This document shows, piece by piece, positions 1 to 9,658 of a stretch of 64,000 nucleotides of DNA. The notes beneath the pieces were generated by a model, which had not been told where the DNA came from, ran no database searches, and was given only the letters and a program-made list of their open reading frames with translations. The DNA comes from an uncultured delta proteobacterium (GTDB lineage Bacteria; Desulfobacterota; Desulfomonilia; UBA1062), in contig CAWCTR010000007.1 in NCBI GenBank assembly GCA_963798485.1, positions 160,001-224,000 on the forward strand. The letters are read 5' to 3'. The position numbers were made by a program, and so were the translations under genes. Numbering within the stretch: position 1 is the stretch's first letter; each line of letters opens with the position of its first letter.

Positions 1-246
1 CTGGCCGAATACAAGGGCAAGGACGATCGTCTTCGCAAGATAGTGGACAAATCACTGCTATCGAGGTATGACCGTATCAAGCAGAGCAAGAAGGGCCTGG
101 CCGTGGTGGAATGTTTTGAAGGGGTATGCAGGGGCTGCCACATGCACATCCAGCCTCAACTCTTCAACGAGCTCATTCGTGGCGACAGGCTGATCAACTG
201 CCCGGCATGCCAGAGGATACTCTATGTGAAGGCCAAGGAAGAGTAG
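1..246 (+). CDS. C4-type zinc-ribbon domain protein (COG1579-like), 5'-truncated by window edge
   Basis: C-terminal CRGCHM...CPACQRILY zinc ribbon; frame open to position 1. Confidence 0.85.
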   Translation: MAEYKGKDDRLRKIVDKSLLSRYDRIKQSKKGLAVVECFEGVCRGCHMHIQPQLFNELIRGDRLINCPACQRILYVKAKEE

Positions 247-524
247 GAATAGGAAGGGCATAGGATTACTATGTAATGATATCAATACGGTATGGGTGGG
301 TAACCGGCGACGGTTTCTCCTATACTCCACGAACCTGCACGACCCCCGCACGGTTACCAAAACGCACACGAAATAATTACCTTTAAAGTTTTAAAAAAAT
401 TATCCGTAAAGAGATAATGAAATGATAATTGCTGAACTATGCACGTTCATTCTACCGGGCCGCAGGGCGCCTAGGCTTATTTTATACATTAAGCGTATTC
501 CACAAACCAAGGAGGAATGAGGCA

Positions 525-1007
525 ATGTTAAAAATGTTCAGGTCAAACAAAAAAGGTTTTACATTAATCGAGTTGATGATCGTCGTGGCGATCATCGGTA
601 TCCTGGCGGCCATCGCAATCCCCATGTATTCCGGTTACACCAAGAGGGCCAAAGTATCGGAAATCACCAATGCAATGGGCGCAGTGTCAAATTCGGCCAT
701 GGAGATATACCACTCCAACCAGACCTTCCCAACTGCTGGAACCTTCAGCATAGCGGCGATTGCAAACACCTATGGTGTGACAGTTCCCGGCACCTATCTT
801 AAGGGGGGTCTTACTAATGGTGCTACTGCAATTACTATTACTAAAGACGATGCTGCTGGACAATTTGTAATCCAAGCTAACATTGATGGTACGGTGATAG
901 CACTCAATGGAGGACAAGCTGACACTAACATTATACTAACGACAACCATTGGACAGAAGGGTGTCTGGTCAGGTTCGGCCCAGACCCAGTACATCCCCAA
1001 GAACTAG
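525..1007 (+). CDS. pilA: Type IVa major pilin
   Basis: Prepilin motif KKG|[22 protein letters not shown]; GGAGG RBS upstream of ATG 525. Confidence 0.92.
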   Translation: MLKMFRSNKKGFTLIELMIVVAIIGILAAIAIPMYSGYTKRAKVSEITNAMGAVSNSAMEIYHSNQTFPTAGTFSIAAIANTYGVTVPGTYLKGGLTNGATAITITKDDAAGQFVIQANIDGTVIALNGGQADTNIILTTTIGQKGVWSGSAQTQYIPKN

Positions 1008-1030
1008 AGATTACGAAATTTCACAGACTC

Positions 1031-1059
1031 GGGCCCGGGCTTTTGCCCGGGCCTTTTTT
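1031..1059 (+). terminator. Rho-independent terminator of pilin gene
   Basis: GGCCCGGGC-TTTT-GCCCGGGCC hairpin followed by T6. Confidence 0.9.
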
Positions 1060-1373
1060 GTGTTCCAAAAAGGGGAAAATTGGGACAGCGCCAATTTATA
1101 TTGATAAAATGATGTTCATTTCTTGACGGCATCTTGACGATATCTCTTTGCAGGGAATCCAGAGAAGGGTTGTCCGCAAAATGATCTTGTTCTGCCTCTT
1201 TAACAATTAATACAATGATATTATATAATTAGCTGAAGAAACAGTAAAAACAAAAGTCGCCAGGATATTCCGGGAAAGGGGCTGGTTACAAAAGAGCAGC
1301 CACATGTACGATAATGTAACAAAAACCATAAAAAATGAAACGCAACTGTTTGATAAATAACCAGGTAATAAAG

Positions 1374-1389
1374 TGGCCTGGTTTTTGCT
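1374..1389 (+). promoter_or_regulatory. Putative sigma54 (-24/-12) promoter
   Basis: TGG-CCTGGTTTTT-GCT: GG and GC separated by exactly 10 nt, about 45 nt upstream of ATG 1433. Confidence 0.6.
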
Positions 1390-1432
1390 TTTATTTATTA
1401 AAGTGCTGCATTGGAACTAATGGATTGGAGTT

Positions 1433-3430
1433 ATGTTCATGAGGTATGTTCGAAATATCGGCGTTATTATCATAGTCGTTATATCTCTTTTCCCTCCTCT
1501 TTGCAACGCGGCTTCCCTTCTTATTACATGGAAAGCAGTTACCGACACGGATCTGGCCGGGTACATGGTGTACTACGGCACCCAATCGGGAACGTACGGG
1601 GCTGTTGCAGATGTGCAAACGGCCACGAGTTATCAGATAAGCAATGTTCAGAATGGATACACATACTATATTGCTGTGAGTTCGTATGACAACTCCGGGA
1701 ACGAGTCGAGCCGATCAAATGAAGTAAGTGTTTATATTCCTGTCCCTGCGGCAGTCGTAGACACCACACCCCCGACAGGAAGCGTGGTGATCAACTCAGG
1801 GGCAGCGACTACTACGACCGATTTAGTGACTCTCACACTGAGCGCCAGCGATGCAGGCGGAACAGTGACAGGGATGAAGATCAGCAATGACGGGGTGAGC
1901 TACTCCAGCGAATTTGTCTATACCACCAGTTGCACGTGGACGCTTTCAAGCGGCTATGGGAATAAGACGGTGTATGTCCTCTTCAAGGATGCTGCAGGTA
2001 ACTGGATGAAGTCGCCTGCCACTGCCACGATCCAGGTCGTAGACACCATACCCCCGACAGGAAGCGTGGTGATCAACTCAGGGGCAGCGACTACTACGAC
2101 CGGTTTAGTGACTCTCACCCTGAGCGCCAGTGATGCAGGCGGAACAGTGACAGGGACGAAGATCAGCAATGACGGGGTGAGCTACTCCAGCGAATTTGTC
2201 TATACCACCAGTTGCACGTGGACGCTTTCAAGCGGCTATGGGAATAAGACGGTGTATGTCCTCTTCAAGGATGCTGCCGGTAACTGGATGAAGTCGCCTG
2301 CCACCGCCACGATCCAGGTCGTAGACACCATACCCCCGACAGGGAGCGTGGTGATCAACTCAGGGGCGGCGACTACTACGACCAGTGCAGTGACCCTAAC
2401 CCCGAGCCCCGGCGATGCAGGTGGAACAGGGAGCGCAGCGACCAAGGACCAGTCGGGAACCTCCCTTATAAAACCGGAAATCATCTCTCCGGAAAACAAT
2501 GCGGTCGAAGTCTCGCTGAGGCCTCTCCTGAAGACGACTGCTCTCGCCAAGAACTATATACTGACAGAGTGGGAGATCAGCAATGATAAAGGCGATGTAC
2601 TTCTCGATCTAAAGAGCTCTACGCAACGTACCGAGTTGGTCGTTCCTGAGCTGATTCTTGACCCTGCGATGAAAAACTACTGCAGGGTGAAATTCTATGA
2701 CGATCAAAACAATGCAACAGAATGGTCGGACCCGGTGGCATTCGAAACGGTGCAAATCGATCCAGAAGATCTTAATAAAAATGGCATACCGGATGATCAG
2801 GAACTGCCCTTAGGTGAAGCTGTGAGTTTAAATAAGACTGGGGTTTCAGACCGTGATCAGGATAATATGAAAGCCCTGGTTTCTGTTGTGGGAGAAGAAG
2901 ACATAATCCTTACGGCATCGACAAACTGCAAGGCTATACGATATTTTAAATCAATTGATCCTACCTCGATCCAAGATTCTGCAGGGAAGCCAGGGGCTCT
3001 TCCCATAGGGCTGATCGATTTTAAGGTTGAGGTAGCCAACCCCGGTGATTTTGCCGAGGTGGTTATAACTCTATCCGACCCGGCCCCTCAAGGTGCAAAG
3101 TGGTATATGTATGATGAGACAAACGGGTGGAGGGTATACCCCCATGCCACATTCAGTGATGATCGCATGAAAGTGACTTTACAGTTGAAAGATGGAGATC
3201 CGGATTACGGAGATACGGATGGAGTTGCCAATGGGATTATCGTTGATCCAGGCGGTATTGGCGTAGGAGAGATTCAACAGGCAAATGCAGATAGTAGTGG
3301 TAGCGGAGTATGTTTCATAGCTACATCGAGTCATTGTTCTCCATTGCAGGATGTGTGGGATGTCATTATTCTATTGATACTCTTATTAATTTCAAACATT
3401 AGCGGGTACAGAAAGAATATTGTTGGATAA
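1433..3430 (+). CDS. Secreted/surface protein: FN3 domain, tandem Ig-like repeats, choice-of-anchor U-like domain, CFI-box-like C-terminal sorting tail
   Basis: Signal peptide; W..VTDTDLAGYMVYYGT FN3 motif; LKDGDPDYGDTDGVANGIIVDPGG; GSGVCFIAT followed by hydrophobic helix and basic tail. Confidence 0.75.
   Translation: MFMRYVRNIGVIIIVVISLFPPLCNAASLLITWKAVTDTDLAGYMVYYGTQSGTYGAVADVQTATSYQISNVQNGYTYYIAVSSYDNSGNESSRSNEVSVYIPVPAAVVDTTPPTGSVVINSGAATTTTDLVTLTLSASDAGGTVTGMKISNDGVSYSSEFVYTTSCTWTLSSGYGNKTVYVLFKDAAGNWMKSPATATIQVVDTIPPTGSVVINSGAATTTTGLVTLTLSASDAGGTVTGTKISNDGVSYSSEFVYTTSCTWTLSSGYGNKTVYVLFKDAAGNWMKSPATATIQVVDTIPPTGSVVINSGAATTTTSAVTLTPSPGDAGGTGSAATKDQSGTSLIKPEIISPENNAVEVSLRPLLKTTALAKNYILTEWEISNDKGDVLLDLKSSTQRTELVVPELILDPAMKNYCRVKFYDDQNNATEWSDPVAFETVQIDPEDLNKNGIPDDQELPLGEAVSLNKTGVSDRDQDNMKALVSVVGEEDIILTASTNCKAIRYFKSIDPTSIQDSAGKPGALPIGLIDFKVEVANPGDFAEVVITLSDPAPQGAKWYMYDETNGWRVYPHATFSDDRMKVTLQLKDGDPDYGDTDGVANGIIVDPGGIGVGEIQQANADSSGSGVCFIATSSHCSPLQDVWDVIILLILLLISNISGYRKNIVG
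1754..2430 (+). repeat. Intragenic tandem repeat, 282-bp unit, about 2.4 copies
   Basis: GTCGTAGACACCA unit starts at 1754, 2036 and 2318; first two copies nearly identical. Confidence 0.95.
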
Positions 3431-3842
3431 AGAATACACCTCGCCGGTATACCTTTTCCCGAATGCGATTAAACATGACTAGTTTAATAAAACCTTTTGT
3501 TATTACAGATATAATCAATAATAGTTGATATAAGTTATAATGGTTTATCGTATTATTAGTTATATCTGATTTAAGTTGATAATCAGAAAATAAGGTATCT
3601 CCTTATTAAAAAAAGGGGTTGCTGATATAGCATTGGTGCTAGAGGCATAACAAGAATCCTTACTCAAGGAGATAACCGTTGGATTCATCTAAGTCCTGTT
3701 CATCAGAAATAATCAATTGATTTTATGAGCATAATTGTCACCACGGGACAAAGGCAACATGAGATTAACTCTATATAAATATAATATAACATAAATTAAT
3801 TATATGTGTTTCCTCTCTCTGTGTAAAATGATCATTGTTGAC

Positions 3843-3982
3843 GGGGCATCCTCTTCGGGTGGATTACAGCAAGCTATTGTGAACCCTGTTGCTTAATGTC
3901 GGGGTTCCGGCCTTGCACGTTTAGCATGAGCCCCTGCATGCCGGGCGAACCGAGCGGTGAGGGCCAGCATGACGGTGATGCC
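3843..3982 (+). mobile_element. Orphan GC-rich structured segment resembling an IS110-family non-coding end
   Basis: Ordered motifs GCTTAATG..GGTTCCGGCC..TTAGCATG..GCGAAC..ATGACGGT within AT-rich DNA; ends GGCATC/GATGCC are complementary; no recombinase nearby; family resemblance is recalled, not searched. Confidence 0.45.
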
Positions 3983-4059
3983 TATTGTTTATAACTAATT
4001 GAAATACACGGCAATAAAATTATGTTTATGCATATCTGCGACTTAAGCTTCCTTGACAG

Positions 4060-5166
4060 TCACACCCCCAGCCCCTTTTCCAGCTCAATGGTCTTGGTGA
4101 GGGATTGGTTCATTTCGTGGCGCTTGAGCGCCAGTTCGAAGAGCTTTGTGATCAGGGTCGTGTACGGTATGCCTGTCGCCTCCCAGAGCTTGGGGTACAT
4201 GGAGATACTGGTGAACCCGGGGATGGTGTTGATCTCGTTCAGGTAGAACAAATCGTGTGATACGAGAAAATCAATGCGGGCCATGCCTGAGCCGCCGATG
4301 GCCACAAAGGCGTCCACGGCCGCGAATTGCATCTCCTCGCTCATGGCCTTGCCGATCTTCGCAGGGATGATGAGCTCGCTCGCGCCGTCCACATACTTGG
4401 CCTTGAAGTCATAGAACTCGTTGCTGGGGACAACCTGGCCCGGGACGGATGCCTTGGGCTCATTGTTACCCAGGACAGCGATCTCAACCTCGAGCGGCTT
4501 ATCCACCGCCTGCTCCACCACGACCTTGGTGGAAAAGTTCAAGGCATAATCGAGGCCCTTGATGACACCCTCCAGATCAACAGCCTTACTCACACCAATG
4601 CTCGATCCCATGGTGGCGGGCTTGATGAACAGGGGAACTTGCAGTGTGTTCTCTATCTCCTTGAGGACCTCATCCCGGTCGGTATCCCACATCCACCTGG
4701 ATACGCATGTCCCTTTCACTACCGGGAGGCCATGCTGCGCCAGCACGCGCTTGGTCATGTCCTTGTCCATGGCAATGGCGGATGCCATGGTGTCGCACCC
4801 CACACAGGCGATCCCGGCAAGCTCGAAAAGCCCCTGGATGGTGCCGTCTTCGCCTCGGGGGCCGTGGAGTACCGGGAACACGACGTCCACAGGGGTAACC
4901 TTGCCGGAATCCGGATGAAAGAAGCCTTTCTTATCAGGGTCCATAGAGGGGATGACCGGCCCTGCTTTTGTAATATTGCCGCTCCGCAGGCTGTCAAAAG
5001 CGCCTTCCCCAAGGAGCCACCTGCCGGTCTTGTCTATGCCGACATAAACCGGATCGAACCGGTCCTTATCAATGCTGCGGGCAATGGAGCCCGCTGAGAC
5101 GATGGAGACTTCGTGCTCGGTGGATACACCGCCGAAGATAATGGCGACCTTGATCTTGGCTTTCAA
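4060..5166 (-). CDS. ddl: D-alanine--D-alanine ligase
   Basis: FGGVSTEHEVS, LHGPRGEDG and NEINTIPGFT motifs; TTG start at 5166 with GGAGG RBS. Confidence 0.95.
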   Translation of the reverse strand: MKAKIKVAIIFGGVSTEHEVSIVSAGSIARSIDKDRFDPVYVGIDKTGRWLLGEGAFDSLRSGNITKAGPVIPSMDPDKKGFFHPDSGKVTPVDVVFPVLHGPRGEDGTIQGLFELAGIACVGCDTMASAIAMDKDMTKRVLAQHGLPVVKGTCVSRWMWDTDRDEVLKEIENTLQVPLFIKPATMGSSIGVSKAVDLEGVIKGLDYALNFSTKVVVEQAVDKPLEVEIAVLGNNEPKASVPGQVVPSNEFYDFKAKYVDGASELIIPAKIGKAMSEEMQFAAVDAFVAIGGSGMARIDFLVSHDLFYLNEINTIPGFTSISMYPKLWEATGIPYTTLITKLFELALKRHEMNQSLTKTIELEKGLGV

Positions 5167-5182
5167 AGGATGCAACCTCCCT

Positions 5183-6388
5183 TTACGCACCATATTTGGT
5201 GAGCTTGTCGGCATGAGCCAGGGCCAGGGGCATAAGGTCCACATGGCGTATATGCCCAAGGCCGCCTGCCATGCATGGGCGCTCACCGAACTCCTCCACC
5301 GCATCTTTGCGTATGTTGTTTGCATACAGGAGCACGGGCAGCTCGTGCCAGGAGTGCGACTTTAGGGCAGCCGGCGTGGAATGGTCGCCGGATATAAGCA
5401 CGACATCCGGCTTCAGGGACATTATCTCAGGCATGAGGATATCCACCTCCTCGATGACCTTGACCTTGGCATCGAAGTTGCCATCTTCGCCTGATGAGTC
5501 GGTCTTCTTCACGTGGAAGAAAAAGAAGTCGTACTTTGCCCAGGAATCCTTCAATATCGCAACCTCGGTGGCCAGTGTCTCGCCGGCATCCAGCACATCC
5601 ATACCCACCAGGCGGGCAAGGCCTTTGTACATGGGGTATGTGGCAATGGCACATGACTTGAGCCCGTAGACCTCCTTGTAGGATGGCAGCCCCGGGTCCT
5701 TGGCAATGCCCCGCAGGGTGCACCCGTTGGCAGGCTTCTCGTCACGAAGCATGGCAAAGGCCTTTTCGATCCAGGCATTCAAAAGCTGCGCGCTCTTCTT
5801 TGCACCCGCGTGCAGGGGCTCCACCATCAGCGGCTTCAGACCTGTCTTCTGGGGGTCTGTCTCGCTTAAGCCTTCCTCCAGCCCTTCTCCTTCGAGAATG
5901 AGGGCGAACCGGTAGTCCTTTACGGGCTCCACAATAACCTTGACCCCTTCCAACGTAATCACCTTGAGTTTGTTCACGAGCTGTGCGCACTTCTCAGTGG
6001 GGATCCTGCCCGCCCTCCGGTCAGTGATTACCCCGCTGGCCGGATCAAGGGTGCAGAAGTTGCCGCGTGCAGCCAGGCTCTTAGGGGTTAACGTCAGCCC
6101 GATGCCCAGGGCCTCGAGAACACCCCTGCCGATGGCGTACTCCAGGGGATCATAGCCGAACAGACCAAGGTGGCCGGGTCCGCTGCCCGGGGTGATGCCG
6201 ACGCCCACCGGTGTGGAGAGCCCGCAGATGGATTCCTTGCAGAGCTTGTCCATATTCGGGGTCCGGGCGGCCTCCAGCTCGGTTTTGCCGGACTCGTCCG
6301 GCAGGCCTCCGAGGCCGTCCAGCACGAGCATGAGGATCTTTTTGTCGGAAGGGACATGGAGTTCTTTCATCAGATCGATCTGTTTCAT
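5183..6388 (-). CDS. apgM: 2,3-bisphosphoglycerate-independent phosphoglycerate mutase (ApgM type)
   Basis: LDGLGG..TELEAARTPNMD, TPGSGPGHL and GDHSTP motifs. Confidence 0.9.
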   Translation of the reverse strand: MKQIDLMKELHVPSDKKILMLVLDGLGGLPDESGKTELEAARTPNMDKLCKESICGLSTPVGVGITPGSGPGHLGLFGYDPLEYAIGRGVLEALGIGLTLTPKSLAARGNFCTLDPASGVITDRRAGRIPTEKCAQLVNKLKVITLEGVKVIVEPVKDYRFALILEGEGLEEGLSETDPQKTGLKPLMVEPLHAGAKKSAQLLNAWIEKAFAMLRDEKPANGCTLRGIAKDPGLPSYKEVYGLKSCAIATYPMYKGLARLVGMDVLDAGETLATEVAILKDSWAKYDFFFFHVKKTDSSGEDGNFDAKVKVIEEVDILMPEIMSLKPDVVLISGDHSTPAALKSHSWHELPVLLYANNIRKDAVEEFGERPCMAGGLGHIRHVDLMPLALAHADKLTKYGA

Positions 6389-6483
6389 GCATCACTCCTT
6401 GGCATTGGGAAGAATAGGTACCAAAAAAGGTATAGATACCGAAGAAAAACATATACAGGCTTTACGGAAAAATCAAGCTCCGA

Positions 6484-7434
6484 TCAGGTAATACCCTGCT
6501 CGAAGGCCTTTTCGATACATGCCCTGGCCCTGTCCATGGTCTTCTCCCTGCCCACGTTTTTGCACAGATGGTGGCCGAAGGTGAGATTCTTCGAAAGCCA
6601 GAACAATGCGGTCTTGAACCTTTTAAGGGCCACATCAGGGGTGAAATGGACCATGAGGAGCCGGTGCAGTTCGAGCATCACGTCCATGAGCGCCGGGGGG
6701 TCCTGAGGCTTGGCACCGGCAATCAGCGCCTTGATATCCCTGAAGATCCAGGGCCGGATCAGGGCCTGCCTGCCGATCATCACCCCGTCGCAGCAGGTTG
6801 CGGAAAACATATCCAGGGCATCTTGAGCTGTCTGGACGTCGCCATTACCCACAACCGGGACCCTTACATGGTCTTTCAATGCGCCGATATATTCCCACTT
6901 GGCCCTGCGCGACATGCCGTCTTCTACGGTGCGGGCATGGAGAACGATGAAGTCAACCCCGGACTCCACCAGCATGGAGGCGAACTCCCGCATGGCCCAT
7001 ACATCCGGGCTGTGGCCGATCCTCATCTTGACGGACAGGGAGTGCTTTACCACCTTCCTCACCGCGGTAACCACTTCCTGCGCCAAGGACGGGTCCTTCA
7101 TGAGCCCGGCTCCCCAGCCATGACAGGTGACCTTCTTGAGCCAGCATCCCATGTTGATATCGATGCCGAAGGGCTCGAAACTATCGAGCCTGGCGGCAGA
7201 CTCCTGCATCTTTTCAGGGTCATTACCCACGATCTGGAAGATGAGGTCGTCAAGCCTGCTCCATTTCAGGTAACCCGATCCCCCGGGCTTTTCAACAGGC
7301 ACGATGCGGGCATTGAGCATCTCGGAACAGAGAAGGTCACAGCCGGTAAACGATCGTATGAGATCCAGGTAGGCCACATGGCTCAAGTCCACCATGGGCG
7401 CCATGAAGAGCGCGTTCTTGGGGATAAGCGGCAT
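6484..7434 (-). CDS. tRNA-dihydrouridine synthase family protein
   Basis: MAPMV, DINMGC, LSVKMRIG, LHART, VVGNGD and GVMIGR motifs. Confidence 0.9.
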   Translation of the reverse strand: MPLIPKNALFMAPMVDLSHVAYLDLIRSFTGCDLLCSEMLNARIVPVEKPGGSGYLKWSRLDDLIFQIVGNDPEKMQESAARLDSFEPFGIDINMGCWLKKVTCHGWGAGLMKDPSLAQEVVTAVRKVVKHSLSVKMRIGHSPDVWAMREFASMLVESGVDFIVLHARTVEDGMSRRAKWEYIGALKDHVRVPVVGNGDVQTAQDALDMFSATCCDGVMIGRQALIRPWIFRDIKALIAGAKPQDPPALMDVMLELHRLLMVHFTPDVALKRFKTALFWLSKNLTFGHHLCKNVGREKTMDRARACIEKAFEQGIT

Positions 7435-7440
7435 TCGCTT

Positions 7441-8124
7441 TTACGATGCCTTGGGGTTCCTTAGTATCACCAACGCATCCACGGCAATGGGCATGTCATC
7501 GTGGATGATCATGGGATTTATGTCGATCTCTGCCACCTCTTCTACCTCGAGCCCTATCCTGCCCAGGTTGATGAGTGCCTTGGCAAGCACATCCCTGTTC
7601 ACTGCAGGCTTGCCCCTGAAGGCGTCCAGGAGCTTCCTTGCCCTGATCTCGTCCATCATCTCCAGGGCGTCACGCATCTCTAAGGGAGCGACCCTGAAGG
7701 TGACATCCTTTAAGACCTCGGTGAAGATTCCGCCAAGGCCGAACATTACGCAGGGGCCGAACTGGGGGTCACGGATAAGCCCTGCCACAAGCTCGCGCTC
7801 ACCCTTGACCATCTGCTGGACAAGGATGCCGTCAAGCTGGCCCATACCGCGCTCTGTGAGGACCGCATACGCCTTCTCCAGCGCCTGATCGCTATCAATG
7901 CCGAGCTCGATGAGCTTATGCTCGGTCTTGTGGGTGAGCGTACGGGAAGATCCCTTGAGCACCACCGGATAGCCGATCTGTTTGGCAAACGAGAGGGCTT
8001 CCTTGATGCCGGTTGCAACGAACTCCTTGGTAACCGGGATGGAATATGCGTCCAGGAGGCGCTTGGATTCATATTCGTTGAGCGCCTTGTCGCCCCTTTT
8101 CAGTGCATCTTCAATGATTTTCAT
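7441..8124 (-). CDS. ADP-forming acyl-CoA synthetase beta subunit (ATP-grasp)
   Basis: GYPVVLK..HKTE, DPQFGP.VMFGLGGIFTE and EIDINP motifs. Confidence 0.9.
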   Translation of the reverse strand: MKIIEDALKRGDKALNEYESKRLLDAYSIPVTKEFVATGIKEALSFAKQIGYPVVLKGSSRTLTHKTEHKLIELGIDSDQALEKAYAVLTERGMGQLDGILVQQMVKGERELVAGLIRDPQFGPCVMFGLGGIFTEVLKDVTFRVAPLEMRDALEMMDEIRARKLLDAFRGKPAVNRDVLAKALINLGRIGLEVEEVAEIDINPMIIHDDMPIAVDALVILRNPKAS

Positions 8125-8363
8125 AGTATCTCCCTATCCTTGCTGTCAAAGACTTATGTATTACTAACAGAAAATACAATCCATGTGAATGGTTATCTGA
8201 GAACCGCCAATGACAATGGAGCACTCGCTATAGCCTGTTTCTCATAAAATACCTATTTATCCAATCAGTGAACACCTTGACGAAGAATTGCCCAGGGTAT
8301 ACGTAGCTTATCACGCACACAAGCTCCATGAGCGCATACACAAGGAAGGCGGGTTGAGGTAAC

Positions 8364-8999
8364 ATGAAGCTGGTTGTAACCGAGATCTTTTATTCCCTCC
8401 AGGGCGAAGGGCCTTTCATGGGTTTGCCTTCGGTCTTCATCCGCCTGGGCGGATGCATAGACCCCTTATGCCCATGGTGTGACACCGAATATGCCTGGCA
8501 TGAATACAGCGAGATGGGAACCGACGAGATTATTGCAGAGGTGAACAGGTATGCCTGCAAGGATGTGGTAATCACCGGCGGGGAACCTTTCCTCCAATGG
8601 GAATTGGGGCTCAAAGATCTTCATAGCGAGCTTGTCGGAAGCGGATACCGCATATTCTATGAGACCAGCGGCAAGATTGACATCCCGGGTCTATTAGATG
8701 CAACCATTGTCATGAGTCCGAAAAATATCGCAGGACAGTGGCATCTCCCTTTAGGAAACATAGAAAAAGCCGATTATTTCAAATTTGTGGCAGATGATGC
8801 GGCAGCGCTTGGCGAGATCGACCGGTTTGTAAAGGACCATGCCATTGCCAAAGACCGTGTGTTTATGATGCCCCAGGGCAAGACCAGGGCCGAACAGCTC
8901 AAAAGGATGGCGACAATATTTTCCTTCTGCAGGAAACACGGCTACCGGATGACCCCACGGCTCCATGTGCTCATCTTTGATGATAAACGAGGTGTATGA
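8364..8999 (+). CDS. queE: 7-carboxy-7-deazaguanine synthase (radical SAM)
   Basis: EIFYSLQGEG..FIRLGGC..CPWCDT, ITGGEP, PRLH. Confidence 0.92.
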   Translation: MKLVVTEIFYSLQGEGPFMGLPSVFIRLGGCIDPLCPWCDTEYAWHEYSEMGTDEIIAEVNRYACKDVVITGGEPFLQWELGLKDLHSELVGSGYRIFYETSGKIDIPGLLDATIVMSPKNIAGQWHLPLGNIEKADYFKFVADDAAALGEIDRFVKDHAIAKDRVFMMPQGKTRAEQLKRMATIFSFCRKHGYRMTPRLHVLIFDDKRGV

Positions 9000-9658
9000 T
9001 GGATGATGCCGTGATCCTTCTCTCCGGCGGCATGGACTCGGGCGTGATGCTGGCCTGGGCAAGGCCCCGCTTCAGCCATTTACATGCCTTAAGCTTTGAT
9101 TATGGTTCAAAGCATGCCGTAAAAGAGCTCATTATGGCTCAAAATCTTGCGGAAGTATACGGTGCCCGCTTCACAAAGGTGGAGCTGCCGTTTGTCAACA
9201 CCCTGTTCTCTTCCAGCCTGTTGCAATCAGGAGAAGAGATCCCGGACGGACCCTACCGGACTGACTCCATTTCATCCACAGTGGTCCCCTTCAGGAACGG
9301 GATCATGCTGTCAGTCGCTATTGGCTATGCGGAAACCCATCAGATCTCTACCGTGCTCATTGCATCACATTCAGGAGACCATCCCATTTATCCTGACTGC
9401 ACTGTTGAGTTCACCGAGGCCATGTCACAGACGGCAGCACTCGGCACCTTCACCAAGGTAAAGATCGAGGCCCCCTTTGCAGGGTTTGACAAGAGACGGA
9501 TCGCAGGGATCGGCCGGGGGTTGAACTTTGATTTCACCCGGACCTGGTCCTGCTACAAGGGCCTTGAGCTGCACTGCGGAGCCTGCGCCACCTGCCTGGA
9601 GAGAAAATACGCCCTGGAGTATGAGGCCGGCCTTGACCCAACGAGGTACCTGGTATGA
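8996..9658 (+). CDS. queC: 7-cyano-7-deazaguanine synthase
   Basis: LSGGMDS, VPFRN, YPDC, TWSCY..HCGACATC. Confidence 0.95.
   Translation: MMDDAVILLSGGMDSGVMLAWARPRFSHLHALSFDYGSKHAVKELIMAQNLAEVYGARFTKVELPFVNTLFSSSLLQSGEEIPDGPYRTDSISSTVVPFRNGIMLSVAIGYAETHQISTVLIASHSGDHPIYPDCTVEFTEAMSQTAALGTFTKVKIEAPFAGFDKRRIAGIGRGLNFDFTRTWSCYKGLELHCGACATCLERKYALEYEAGLDPTRYLV

Noticed and set aside
299-358. GGTAACCG..CGGTTACC inverted repeat as rnpB or another ncRNA
   Set aside because: Only an 8-bp arm; RNase P conserved motifs are absent
525-1007. Electrically conductive e-pilin
   Set aside because: Only 11 F/Y/W in 149 mature residues by my count (about 7%), below the commonly used threshold of about 9%
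4327-5097. Long antisense ORFs (also 6568-7464, 20747-21520, 23540-24571, 28592-29458, 33224-34075)
   Set aside because: Shadow frames of well-supported genes on the opposite strand in GC-rich coding DNA
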